A DNA stretch of 63,995 nucleotides, the filler included, from Ionaspis alba (lineage: Eukaryota), in NCBI GenBank assembly GCA_964255285.1. It is 3 parts of 3 records of this genome, joined end to end, with 100 filler letters (N's around TTAATTAATTAA, not from the genome) between each part and the next. Parts side by side here need not be neighbours in the genome. Positions count along the whole stretch, not along the records: positions 22,587 to 45,054 come from CAXUUL010000207.1; 2 more parts are not named here. One strand, written 5' to 3'. The position numbers and the translations under genes are program-made. This document shows, one piece after another, positions 25,796 through 37,802 of this stretch. Every line of letters begins with the position of its first letter. The first letter of the stretch is position 1. The notes beneath the pieces are model-generated. The model was not told the DNA's origin. It saw only the letters and a list, made by a program, of their open reading frames with translations, and did no database searches.

Positions 25796-26845
25796 TCAGC
25801 TGAGTGGCGTGTCCAAGAAAGATACATAATCATCCTCGATCCAGTCAGGCATTGTCGCTTCCCCTGCTAGCGCTACCTGCTGCTGGCCAACATCCATGTT
25901 GACGAAATGGGCCAACCCTTCTCCGCCAAGCGAATCGGACGATGCTTCATACGGCAGTGGGGATTCTGCCCACGCTCGACTCTGGAGGATGGCAGGGTTC
26001 ATGCTAACCCCTCCCCAAGCTAGGTGACCGGGATGTATCTGCAACGATTGTGATCGGATCTGCGCTGGCTTGACCGAGGTCTGCCACATGAACTCTTGCG
26101 CCGACTGAGCATCCGACGGACTGAGCATCGGCGGCGTAGGGAGCTGGGAGATTGCAAAGGGATTCCGATATGTCGGTCGTTGTTGTCGTCCCACATCGAA
26201 GGTGACCTGCGTGGGGACTTTCTCGTAGTCTGAATCGGGACTCTCTCGTGGATGGACCATGTCCGCTCCGTCGCTGATCAGACGTTGTTGCAATGTGTCG
26301 AGATCTTCATCAAATAGTGTGCTGGCACTCTGGGACTCGCTGTGCAGGACGCCCAGACTGTGGAGTATGTCGTGCGTCAAGGGCCGCCCATTCCCACCGT
26401 CGGCCAGCAAAGGCCCTTCCCAGCCCTGATCGGAAGTTGCAATCTTGTAAAGCTCCTGCAAGCCATTGACCAGCTGGGTCTGTTGATGTTCGAGCATCTC
26501 CACGTATCTATCATGGTGGAAATCAGTCGATGCTTCGACGGGATCAAGCAGCCGAGTGCCCACCCTTTCGGATACACTTTGTCGTGTGTCTTCTTCCTCT
26601 CCCCAAAGATGCAGATAGCATTGTCTGATTTGCATCGACTGCAAGGGGTGGTGCCGTCACACTAGAGAGTGATTGATCAGTCTCGGTAGGAACGCCGTGA
26701 GTGGGGCGAAGGGGGGTCGCTGAGGAAGCAAAATTAGACGGCTGACCTTTGACTTCTTCAGCCGGCACCGGTCACAAGCTTTGCAGACTCGCTTGCGCAC
26801 ATTGAGATCAAGCTCCAAGGGGGTAGTGCTCTGGTCCGAAGCCAT
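25796..26845 (-). CDS. Zn(II)2Cys6 transcription factor (Fcr1-like), 3 exons
   Basis: RKRVCKACDRCRLKKSK|CDGTTPCSRCKSDNAICIFGERKKTHDKVYPKG|YVEMLEHQQTQLVNGLQELY, plus PLTHDIL. Confidence 0.9.
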
Positions 26846-29229
26846 GGAGAGATGGCAGACAGTACGAGAATTGAGTGAGGATATCAACACGAGATCGAAG
26901 ATAGTGGCTTCGAAAAGACAAGTCTCATATAGCGGGAGAATATTAAAGCTCTGGTTTAGTTGGAATAAAGGATGTTGTCACGGTGATCGGGTACCAGTAG
27001 AAAGGGCGTAAGAATATATGTAAGAACGATAAGGGAAAAGGGAAAAGACAAAGAGGTGTGGGGACGGTGATGCTGGGATATGGTGTTAGTGGTACTCAGA
27101 CAAGAGGAAGTTCTGGAAGAAAGACGGGCGTGCAACAGTGCTGGAGATGATATTAAAAGTTATGGGGGCTGGAGCGGTGCTGGTGTAGGAGGATGGGGTT
27201 GTGGGAAAACATGTAACATCCGGCTTTAAGCTCATGGAAGAATGAGAGCCAAGACGACATGACAATACCGTAATGTGAAAGCGGTGCGCTCAGGTCAGCA
27301 ACGCAACGAACGAGGATGGCAGAACGGCGCCAGAAGATGCACAGAGCCAATGTCGAGCAAGACCAGGCACGCAATGTCATCAGCCTGATCCTTGCTGCGG
27401 TATCAGTAAGCCGAACGAGCGAGAGCGAGAGGGAACAATAACGCCGTTGGGGGAAGCGATGTCCCGCAGCAGGGACATGCCTGGTGGCGTCTCTCTGCAT
27501 CGCTAGAAGGTATATGGGTGGTGCACCGTCACAGCAGTCAGATAGTCGATAGTCGATACAAGTAGCGATTCAGTTGGGACGATAGATTGACGGTGTCCTC
27601 TCTTCTCTCCTGTCCACGGAGTAGTGATACTTTTCTTGGGGTCTTCCTTTCCCTTTCGCAACCTGTAGCCCCACTCGTCATTCAGTGGCCGTTCTTGACC
27701 CCATGAACCCAACAGTGCAAAGGAGCCAAGCCCTGCAGATGGCATATCATTGAGACTGGCGACGGACAGCGGAAAAGACCGAACGCTGGTCGGGGCTGAA
27801 GAGTCTTGACTGGACGGAGCATCGTTACGATCGGTATGATGCAAAGCATTGTAAGATTCCACTAGTCAGAGCCGTCGGGCACCATGATCAATAATGTAGT
27901 GGGTGAGGAAAACGAGAAATCGGGTGATATCCATGATTACTTGTATTAATACCCTACATGTAACTCCAGTCCAGTAGTGACAAGGGCTCCGAGCGCATGT
28001 TGTTGATCGCCATTGCCATGATTACTGGGCCATTAATGCTGCTGACGAAGCAATACCACGTGACTTATAAGACTCCCGCCGGGTATAGCCCTGCCAAGAG
28101 AACGGAAAGGCTGTCTNNNNNNNNNNNNNNNNNNNNNNNNNNNNNNNNNNNNNNNNNNNNNNNNNNNNNNNNNNNNNNNNNNNNNNNNNNNNNNNNNNNN
28201 NNNNNNNNNNNNNNNNTTTTTCTTTCTTTCTTTCTATCTACAGCTTCCTAGTCTTCAGGACTTGTGTAAGTTGAATATGCTTGCAATCACAATGCTTCGT
28301 TCACCCATCAGATCTATTCATCCACCAAGGTGTCTCTAATATATCCCTCACCGGCGACTGTGATGACACCCGCTTATGGTCTACCAAGTTCCGCACTCCT
28401 TCCGGCTCGGACACTCGGCACCGGCTGCACATGCCTGCCTGCTCAGCCAACGTGAAAACATTGAGGAGCTTCGTCATCTTCAGGCGCAAGGACTATCACG
28501 TAGCTTGCAACCCATCTCTAGCTGACAACTGCTAGTCCGCCGATTCATAAGGCTGTACCTTTGCTTAGTCTTCACTTTAGTCGATGTTGGATTGCATGAC
28601 TTGCTTGTTGCTTCCCTATCAGTAGCTGGGCTTGCTTCAAGATCCTCCGACTTTAGGCCTAAGCTTCGATTCATTCTTTTTTTTCTTCTTTCTTTTTTCT
28701 GATCGTTATGGGTTGAGGGTACGGGGAGGTGTTCTGTAGGCTCACCTGTGATACACGCCATGACCGATGTTGGGGTTTCCAGCGACTTACTCACCGTGAC
28801 TGTAACCCTAAAGATTGATGGATAATCTATCAGCTCAGAGGAGAGAATTGGGCGGAGTGTTGCTGGGCTTTGCAGTGTAGAGTGGGTTAAGAGCGATCAG
28901 AGACGAGGAGAGGCGCATAGAAATCGTAGAACTCATAGAAGGCACCTGTCCAGAGAATGCAACGACACTTTATCTCGGGTCAGTCATACACCAACAAATA
29001 TTATGCCTACAATGCTGTCGATCAATCGTCAGTGGTACAAATCTATTACAGTCAAAGGGATGCGGGTCGCTCGCTTGAGCCTGCCCCCGCCAGCAGCCCC
29101 AGCACAACTACTACCTCCAACTTTCGGTTTATCGTTGATCCGTCCTACCTGACTTCACCGGCAAGCACAGATAGGAAGGTATGTTTAAGGCTCACACGAT
29201 CGCAACGAACTGTCCCGGCTTTCCTCGTA

Positions 29230-30982
29230 ATGGCGGAACGTGCCAAAAAGAGCCTGGACTTCCCACATCGGGAGGCTACGTCGGTGTCCCCTCGTTCGAG
29301 CGAGGAACCGCGGTCGCCACCAAGTCGTTCCCCTTCCATGCGTTTGAATTCTATGCCCGCCCCGTCTCCAACCCATCGCCATTCCTTCAGTGATCAGTTT
29401 CGCGGCATTCCGCCCTCTCCCCGCTCTAGTCGAAATTTCTTCCTTTCTTCGGCCGGCGTGCAGGACTTGTTGAATAACCCTCCGAAGGCTGGTTCGGCCG
29501 ACCCATCCTTCCTCGGACGTGACTGGCATGGAATATCCGTCGGCGAATTGGTGGACGCAAAGGATGTCCGTTTCGTGGGAATGGAAACGGGGATTGAAGA
29601 TGCCACCAACGTCAGTCATGATTTTGTGGTCATGAACGTCCACATCCGCCACGGAAAAGCAAACGGCTGACTATCTTTCAGCTTTTGATCGAATCTGGCG
29701 TACCTGTCCTCCTAATCTCTTCTGCTGCCTCGGACAAATCTGCCATTGGCACGTTTGACTACAAAGATCTCAACCAGTACCTGCTCTTTGCCACCGGGAG
29801 CCTTCGCCCGGATGAGGAGCACCTGGAATTCTTCCAAGACCTGGCGAAAAAGGCTCAGCGAGGCTCCAAGATACCTGTGAAGGATGCCAAAAGTTTGGGT
29901 ACTAAAGAGCCTTTCGTGATTCTTCCCCACACAGCCAACCTCACGGCAGCGGTCGAGAACTTTGGTGGAGGTGTACATCGCATCGTGATTGTCAGGGAGG
30001 GCACGAAACGGGTTATCGGTGTTCTTAGCCAATTAAGGCTTGTGAAATTCCTCTGGGAGAACGGGCCGAGCTTCCCGGTGCTTGATCAGCTCTACCATCA
30101 AACCATCAAAGATCTTGGTATCGGGTCTCAGAACGTCATTTCCATTAAGTGGGTATTCACGGTCATCACTTGTGGTAACCCGTTCTAATCGACGTAATGT
30201 TCAGCGGGGACAAACCCTTGAAAGAAGCCTTGGTGCTCATGGACGGAGAGGGTATCAGCTCTCTAGCCGTCGTTGACAATCAGCAGAATGTGATTGGCAA
30301 TATCTCTACAGTGGATGTGAAGGTATATGCTCAAGGCTAGCTGTCACTTGATTGATGGGTTGTTTTTTTAACCAGTCATAGCTTCTCACGAAATCGAGCT
30401 CAGCGCCTCTTTTGGACAATACCTGTATCCATTTCATTTCGGTCATCTTATCCACACGAGGCATGAATGATGGCAAAGACTCCTTCCCAGTCTTTTACGT
30501 CAGCCCATACTCTACTCTAGCACACACCGTAGCCAAGCTGGTTGCGACCAAATCCCACCGGTACTCCACTTCTTTCATTCCCAAAGAAAATATCAAACTG
30601 ATGATGGAAAACCAGCATGTGGGTCGTCGATTCCCCCTCACCATCTTCTTCCGGACCTCCTACCCCTGCTATTCAACCCGCCGTCCTACACGCACCCCAC
30701 CAAGTCGCCTCGGTCCCGCCAGCGACTCCATCCTTCACGGCTCTTCCGTCCACACCTTCAGTGCCAGCGTCGGCACTGCCAGGCGCTCATATGTCAGGCC
30801 GTCTTTCCGGCGTGGTCTCTCTTACCGATGTCTTAAACCTTTTTGCACGTGCGAGTGGGCTCAATCCCAACGATCCCAATGAGACCAGAAGGCATAGGCG
30901 GAGATCTAGTAGTAGCTCCCTTGTCAGGGGGAGCCTGGACTCTGCAAGGAGCTCGAGCGTGGATGTTTCGAAGCAGCGCTAA
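29230..30982 (+). CDS. sds23: CBS-domain protein Sds23/Sds24, spliced
   Basis: QDLLNNPP...[65 protein letters not shown] and [14 protein letters not shown]. Confidence 0.9.
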
Positions 30983-31778
30983 GCGACTATGTCTTTCCGG
31001 CTTGTTGAGAAGCACTTGCTGAGACGTCGGTTGCTTTCCTTCTCGAGGTTTCTGTTGTGATGAAAAATCATGGTTGATACACTAATGGCGTGCAAAATCC
31101 AACAGATAGTGAGCGTAGATGGCGATAGCGGAAGGGTTCTCACGATTAGTCAAAGCTCTCGATGAGATTAATGCTAACTTCTGCCTCTCAATGACACAAA
31201 CAAAACGGTAATTGAGAAGCATTGCGGATTGTGCTTTGAATGACATTAAACAGCCACATGAATATCACCTCCTGGCCTTGGCAGAGTCACGATTTACGAT
31301 TCCTGACACCGCGTACGAAATTTCACAGCACAATGACGACGAAAGCATGGTTCTTTAGGTGTGTCCGGCGAACACAGCATCGGTTTGACGTGCACATGAT
31401 CGTGGGATCCTCAACACATTGCATTGTACACCACCCCTCCATCCTTCCAGGCTATTGGAGGCGCGAGCCTAACCAGGTAGTCTACCTAGTCATTCACATA
31501 TGTTTCATCTTCTCGTTCGGTCGTTTCGTCACAACGACACGTGATTCTTCGTCATCCAAAACCGCGATCTCCTTCCTTCCTGCTTCATCTTCTTTCTCAT
31601 CACTCTCACCCGCCTTGCCTTAATCTGAACCGTCACCTCCCTTCATCTTACCACTCCCGGCCATTTCTTGTATCAGGTATCCGTCGTGATCAGCCATAAG
31701 CTGTCTGCCCATCGCTAGATCAGTGATCTTCGGTTCCCAACACTCCGATACTGTCAATCTTTGTCGACGACTGCAACC

Positions 31779-33419
31779 ATGAAGGCCATCTTTTGCCTCA
31801 TAGTACTTGGCCCACTTATATTGAATCTCGTCTCCGCTGCTCCCCTTCAAGTAAGTTCAGTCCCAGGCATGAAAGCTTTGTTGTCCATACATACCTACTC
31901 ATTTATCTTAGAAGACGGCCACACGCAGCATTGTGGAATCTGGAGATGTGCTTTCTACTAACTGCCCTTGGTGCGTGCCTGACGTGATCTGGAGTGAGGG
32001 ACAGGACAGTAATCACCGTACGGGAGAAGGTGCTCAGCTGGCTTGTCTCGATGAAGGCTCTCGTACAACTGAGCCAACACTCTGTTGCTCCAAGGCTGCT
32101 CGCTTTGGCGTCTGTCTGAGAACGGTGCCAGCTGCCCCGCAGAGGCGCCATGAGGTAACTCACGGTCACCAAACCCTCCGCCGCTTCTCAGGACAGATCG
32201 TTGATAGCCGAAAAGGTTCTGAATCTAGCAACCCGTGCACCACGTGTACCAATCAAGAATTCTTGCCTGCTTGAATCAGAGAGAACCGTCTGTGACGGAT
32301 CGAAGCGTACCGACATGGCCTCCACAGACGGCAGATCTACTTATGGACCCAATCGTCGTCTGCCAGAGCTTGGTGGGCTATTGCCTATGAACGATGCGCA
32401 GAATGTGGCTAGCATTACTGACACCAATGTACAGAACTCCGTAGCCCTAGCTCGGAGAATTCCATGGACACCGCGCGTGACTTTACCAATCGTCTGGCTC
32501 ATCTCGCCCAAGGTCCATGCGCTCTGAACTCAGGAGATCTGGAATGTGGCGATCTGCACTCTGTGCCATGGACTATACTTAATGCGATCTTGCACGAAGC
32601 GCTATTTTGCTACGAGGTAAACTAGTGAAACCTGGGAAAGCCGCCTGCTATACTCACACACTAATCGCATGAAGCATCCGGACGCCGCGATTTGTATTCC
32701 TGTGCGAAATTCTGCCGACGATAGCACGAAACGCAGCGAAAATTCATGGTGCTCAGAGGTGAGCGAGCTAATCTTACACAGGTATCCTCCTCGATGCGAC
32801 ATTTCAGAACTGACTTCCTAGAAGCATCCACGCTTTGCACCGTGCATCCCGACCACGCAAATCGCAGACATGAAACGTGATGAGTCTAGTTGGTGTTCAA
32901 TGGTAATCCAGGACCACCCCAGAAAGACTCTCTGCCTACTTCCCGTTACTAAAATCATCAAGCATCCCGAATTCGCATCCTGTATCCCAGTGGAACAGAT
33001 CAGCCAGACAAAACGAGACAAATCCACTTGGTGCTCGATAGTAAGGATGGGCAACATTCAAATTAACTCTGGTTACGTAAAGTCTCATGACTGACCTGGT
33101 AAAGCATCCCAAGTTCGCGCCTTGTATCCCAGTGAGGGCGACTCACGGCAGCGGTTCGAAGCGTGGCAGCGTTAGTAACCTTACAGTTGGTATCGATGGA
33201 TCTATCGTTAACAAGACGATTTATTAGGCAAATAGCATTTTTTCGAACATGCTACGTATCATCTCACAAGAGGAAGAGCGCCGCAGTGTGAGTAGAAGTC
33301 TATCTCGTTCCGAGCATAATGCCAATCACTGATTGCCCCAGCTTTGCAATGCGTCAACATCGTGCGAGATCTACCCCGGATGCGCAGAATGCATCGGACC
33401 TGGCTTCTATGGCCCATAA
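31779..33419 (+). CDS. Secreted Cys-rich repeat precursor protein (Kex2-processed repeat protein-like), 10-exon model, about 365 aa
   Basis: Signal peptide MKAIFCLIVLGPLILNLVSAAP. Exons 31779-31850, 31912-32154, 32216-32372, 32435-32616, 32675-32758, 32825-32902, 32963-33040, 33105-33170, 33228-33287 and 33342-33419 splice GT-AG into one open frame with repeated WCSxHPxFAxCIP units separated by KR. The exon 2/3 and 3/4 junctions are the least certain. Confidence 0.75.
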
Positions 33420-33987
33420 CTGCTTTTAAGCCCGGCCTTGTCTTCGGGAATCAGGACTTGCTCTCTTGGCTGAACAATTCTCCTGGGTGGACAGTAACAT
33501 CTGGTGGTTCTGGTCGGACTGGCAAGAAGCTATCTGGACCGGGTAGACATGGTTTGGGACGACCATGATGTCTGTAGCTGAATTGGCCGTATCAAACTAG
33601 CATGGAAGAACAGATAGTCGAGTATGCTGGTTACTTAGAGTGAAACGTATTGTGACCTCTCAATTTCCCTGCAGTGACTTGCGAGAAAACGATACTCGAA
33701 GTTCTCATCAAGCATGTCGTTAGAGCAGAACTCTAAAACGTGTGTCACTAAAACAACCAATCCCTGAAACTCTATGACGTCTTGAGCCATGCCATTCCAC
33801 GCACCTACTCTGTCGTTCCAGGAATATTACTTTACTTGCATGCGGATACTAATTAGAACTTAAGCAGCGATCTACTCCTTCTCCAGTCTTGACAGTCCCG
33901 GTCTGCTCCACCTCTGATCTGCCTCGGCCATGTTTGCCAGGTCTTGCTGAACACGCGAATGCGGATGCCACGAAGCCAAACATTATT

Positions 33988-35775
33988 ATGTACAACGTCC
34001 GCTTGGGGCCTCGAACTTTTCGTAGCATCTGCAGCGTTTGTCGTCGAGCAGATAGACTCGATGATATGAAATTAAGCTCTTGCCGCCGCTTCGCTAGCCA
34101 CTCATCGGCTCTCCTTGCCACCTCTGCTTGCCCATTCCGGACCCGCTCCCTCTGCCTCATCATCATCGTTGGGGCCGGTGCGGTATTCTACCAAGGCTCC
34201 GATCGGCTAGGCTTGAGAGAGCTCCAGGCAGAATCACCGCCCGCGGCCACCGAGATTGTGATCGAGAAGTCGATCAAGAGAAATAAAGGACTATCGAAAG
34301 AGGATAATCGCGAGCTGATCAGCTCGCAACATTTGCAGGTCAAAAGAAGCTGGGAAAACCCTGGAGTCTATGCTTGGGGCTCCAACTCAGGACGGGTGGT
34401 TGCGCCAGACTCGGAGGAGGCATTGATCAGATCACCCAGAAGGATACCCTTCTTTGACGGAGTGCTCCTACGAGATCTCAAGCTAGATAGAAACTTTGGT
34501 GCTGCTATCACAGAAAAGGGCGACCTCTTGCAGTGGGGTACGGCATATTCTCTCGACTCCACGGGGCCGACGCCGACCTTGACGGGGAAAGACCTCATCT
34601 CCATCCAGATCTCTCGTGATCGGGTAATTGGCCTTTCTTCGTCTGGAAAGGTCTTTTCGCTCCCAGTTGCCAAGGCGGATCAATTGGCAGGTCCAAAACC
34701 TCGTGAGAGCTGCTGGATCCCGTTCTGGAGTTCGCGATCGCCCATTTCCTACCGCTCCGTACAGCCACAATTATCGGGCTGGTTCGACCGGGTCGTTGCC
34801 ATCTCTTCGGGACTCGAGCATCTCCTACTTCTCACCTCCTCTGGCCGCCTCTTCTCCGCCGCTTCCAGCAGCACTGAATTTCCTTCACGCGGCCAGCTCG
34901 GTGTCCAGGGGTTGACTTGGGAGCATCGACCTCCCGGACCCTACGATCAGCCTCATGAAATCACCACTCTTCGGGGGTTTGACATCCGCTGTATTGCTGC
35001 CGGCGACTATCATTCCCTGGCAGTTGACTCCGAAGGTCGTGTCTTCTCTTTTGGCGACAACTCCGTGGGTCAATTGGGTTTTGATTACAACTCCGAATCG
35101 ACATTTGTCGACTCACCCTCCCTCCTACCCATCCAGAAGCTTTACACCGGCAGCAATCAAGTGGCTCGAGTGACCTCTGTGGCTGCGGGAGGTGTGAACT
35201 CTTTTTTCACTATCGATGCCACCCGGCTGGCGGCTCGGGGCGAAAGAACTCAAACAAGAGGCGTCGGTCGTGTTACAGCCGATACCTGGTCCTGCGGACA
35301 AGGAACCTATGGCGGACTCGGCAACGGTCGTTGGACCCATATGCAAGGCACGCCTACCAAGGTGAAGTCGCTCTCGGGTCTCTATGAATTCGATGAGAAG
35401 CACAATTCGGTCATCCCCATTCGCTTGTCACGTTTCAGCGTGGGCAGTACGCACGCCTCCGCGACCATGGATAACGTCACCCACGTTGGCGCGCATTCAG
35501 GAAGCGGTGAGAACGACACAAATTGGGGTGCCGACGTGCTGTGGTGGGGTGGTAACGAACACTACCAACTAGGTACAGGAAAGCGAAACAACGTCAGCCA
35601 GCCAGTCTACATCGCGCCCCTGGATCTAACGGCGGATAAGGAGAAAGGGAGGCGAGAGGAGCACAGGTTTCAGATCACACCGAAGAAAAGAGTGAATGTC
35701 AATGGGCGGGCGGTGGATCTAGAGCAGAGGATTGAGTGTGGAAGATTTGTCAGTGCAGTGTACTCAGGTGTATAG
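33988..35775 (+). CDS. FMP25: Mitochondrial RCC1-repeat protein Fmp25
   Basis: Intronless ORF: Arg-rich presequence, TM segment, SSQHLQVKRSWENPGVYAWGSNSG, RCC1 repeats (IAAGDYHSLAVD, FSFGDNSVGQLG, WGGNEHYQLGTG). The exact start ATG is uncertain. Confidence 0.85.
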   Translation: MYNVRLGPRTFRSICSVCRRADRLDDMKLSSCRRFASHSSALLATSACPFRTRSLCLIIIVGAGAVFYQGSDRLGLRELQAESPPAATEIVIEKSIKRNKGLSKEDNRELISSQHLQVKRSWENPGVYAWGSNSGRVVAPDSEEALIRSPRRIPFFDGVLLRDLKLDRNFGAAITEKGDLLQWGTAYSLDSTGPTPTLTGKDLISIQISRDRVIGLSSSGKVFSLPVAKADQLAGPKPRESCWIPFWSSRSPISYRSVQPQLSGWFDRVVAISSGLEHLLLLTSSGRLFSAASSSTEFPSRGQLGVQGLTWEHRPPGPYDQPHEITTLRGFDIRCIAAGDYHSLAVDSEGRVFSFGDNSVGQLGFDYNSESTFVDSPSLLPIQKLYTGSNQVARVTSVAAGGVNSFFTIDATRLAARGERTQTRGVGRVTADTWSCGQGTYGGLGNGRWTHMQGTPTKVKSLSGLYEFDEKHNSVIPIRLSRFSVGSTHASATMDNVTHVGAHSGSGENDTNWGADVLWWGGNEHYQLGTGKRNNVSQPVYIAPLDLTADKEKGRREEHRFQITPKKRVNVNGRAVDLEQRIECGRFVSAVYSGV

Positions 35776-36231
35776 GAGGCCGTTGGTGTATCGCTGAGCC
35801 AACCTATAGCTTTCCATGGCGGATCTGAAATTTCAGCTGGAAGGACGAAGCGTTTGAGCTTTATTTTCATCATGAAACTTTTAATTGATCTCTAACTATC
35901 CCCGATGTCTGCCTCTGCCTTGTATGGATCTGTTGCATCAATATATCTTTGTAGCGCTGGCTAATACACTCCGCATTCGCGTGACCGCTGGCTATCTCTG
36001 AGGCACATCTTATATCCGTAGGAAAGGATACGTTCCCAAGCTTTTAATAATAGCGCAAAACTAGGGCAAGGTGGTCAGTACCCTAGGACCTTAGTTCAGC
36101 CCTACAATATCAACCTTCGGTCAATCATTTGTCCAGCAACGAAGAAGTACAAAGTTCATTCAAGATAGAGCATGTTTCAGTTGCATGTAGCCGTCGCCTA
36201 GGCTCTGGCGATCTCGAGTCCCGTTCAGATC

Positions 36232-37573
36232 ATGGAGGCTTCAGACGTGGAGGAAGGGTCGTTACAGAGAACTTTCAAAGATCTTGTCGCTGGTGCGGCC
36301 GGCGGCATTGCCCAGGTTCTCCTCGGTCAGTGAGCAAGATATGTGGTTCTGTTAAATTATCAGTCAGCCTCCGTAGAGCCTTTTAGGTTCTCCAATATTC
36401 GAGCTTTACTATTTTACTTTACAGGCCTTGTTCATCCAGTGTTTCAAAGCTGTCCTTGGTCATTGTTCACCGCCATGATGCTTGCCTACATTCCATGTCG
36501 TACCAATTATTATTCGGGCATCATGTACTAACTTCAGCGCCTTTCGAATGACCAGGACAGCCATTCGGTATGCGCTACTGCACACTTGGCCATGGTCCTC
36601 CTTTTGACAGAGCCAGACATCGTCAAGGTCCGCTTACAGACAACGACTCAATACTCGACCGCGGTTGACTGCGCTAGCAGAATCTTCAAGCACGAAGGGG
36701 CTGCGGCATTTTATAAGGTATCGGAGTGGCTTGCAAGAAATGTGTGGTTCGCTGATCAAATCATACATAGGGCACCTTAACCCCACTTGTGGGCATTGGG
36801 GCTTGTGTACGTATCTAGATCATTTTCTATAGCCACGGTATATGCGTTTAACCTAGCTAGGTCTCCATCCAATTTGGCGCCTTCCACTGGGCCAGGAGGC
36901 GTTTCGAGGCATCAAATGTAGCATCCAAGCATTCCGATCCCAGCCTTTCGTACGGCCAGTATTATCTCTCCGGCGCGTTCGCCGGCATATCCAACTCCAT
37001 GATCTCCGGTCCGATTGAGCACGTCCGCATTCGACTTCAAACACAACCTCATGGCGCGGGTCGGCTCTATAATGGCCCAATCGATTGCATCCGCAAGATT
37101 TCCGCGCATGAAGGCATTTTTCGTGGTCTCTATCGTGGCGAAGCTGTCACGATCTTGCGAGAAGCTCAAGCTTACGGAATCTGGTTCTTGACCTTTGAGT
37201 ACATGATGAATAGGGATGCTGCGAGGAACACGATCAAGAGAGAAGATATCTCCAGCTACAAGGTCGCTGCATACGGTGGGCTGGCAGGCGAAGCTCTGTG
37301 GATGGCAAGTTATCCCTTTGATGTGATCAAGAGCAAGATGCAGAGTGATGGTTTTGGCAAGGACATACGATATCGTAGCATGCGAGACTGCTTTGCTCAA
37401 ACGTGGAGGCTCGAAGGACCGAGGGGTTTTTGGAAAGGAATTGGGCCTACTCTGCTCAGGGCCATGCCTGTTAGTGCTGGTACTTTCGCCGTGTCAGTAC
37501 TGAATACTCCTTCACATGGGAGTGTGCTAAACTTTCTGATAGTGTTGAGGCGACGATGAGAGCTCTGGGGTGA
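36232..37573 (+). CDS. Mitochondrial carrier protein (Ymc1/carnitine-acylcarnitine carrier subfamily), multi-exon
   Basis: Three carrier signatures: PFDIVKVRLQ (assembled through 12-nt microexon 36556-36567), PIEHVRIRLQ and PFDVIKSKMQ. Ends ...VEATMRALG*. Confidence 0.92.
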
Positions 37574-37802
37574 TATCGAAATCCAGGGTTCTTTCGCCGA
37601 CGACCGACCAGGCATTGAATCACCACCTCGCTACGTAGGCGTGACCCGCTCTAGGGCAATTACGTATGGCAAAGGCTCCTTCGCGTGCAATGATGCGAAG
37701 CAACACTGCATCGACCACGCAAGGGAGTGAGTGCATTGTGTTCGAATACACTATGTCATAGGATACAGATGTCAACTGAGCACTGGTACTCTATTTGAGA
37801 GA

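Noticed and set aside
28301..28794. Short minus-strand ORFs next to gap 28117-28216
   Set aside because: No recognisable domain and no convincing splice model; cannot be supported as a gene.
28957..29229. In-frame upstream ATG extending Sds23 by 91 aa
   Set aside because: The extension shows no family-like features, and 29230 fits the expected N-terminus better; unresolved without TSS data.
32675..33170. Regularly spaced repeats with unique spacers, superficially CRISPR-like
   Set aside because: Eukaryotic context; the repeats are degenerate coding exons and the spacers are GT-AG introns.
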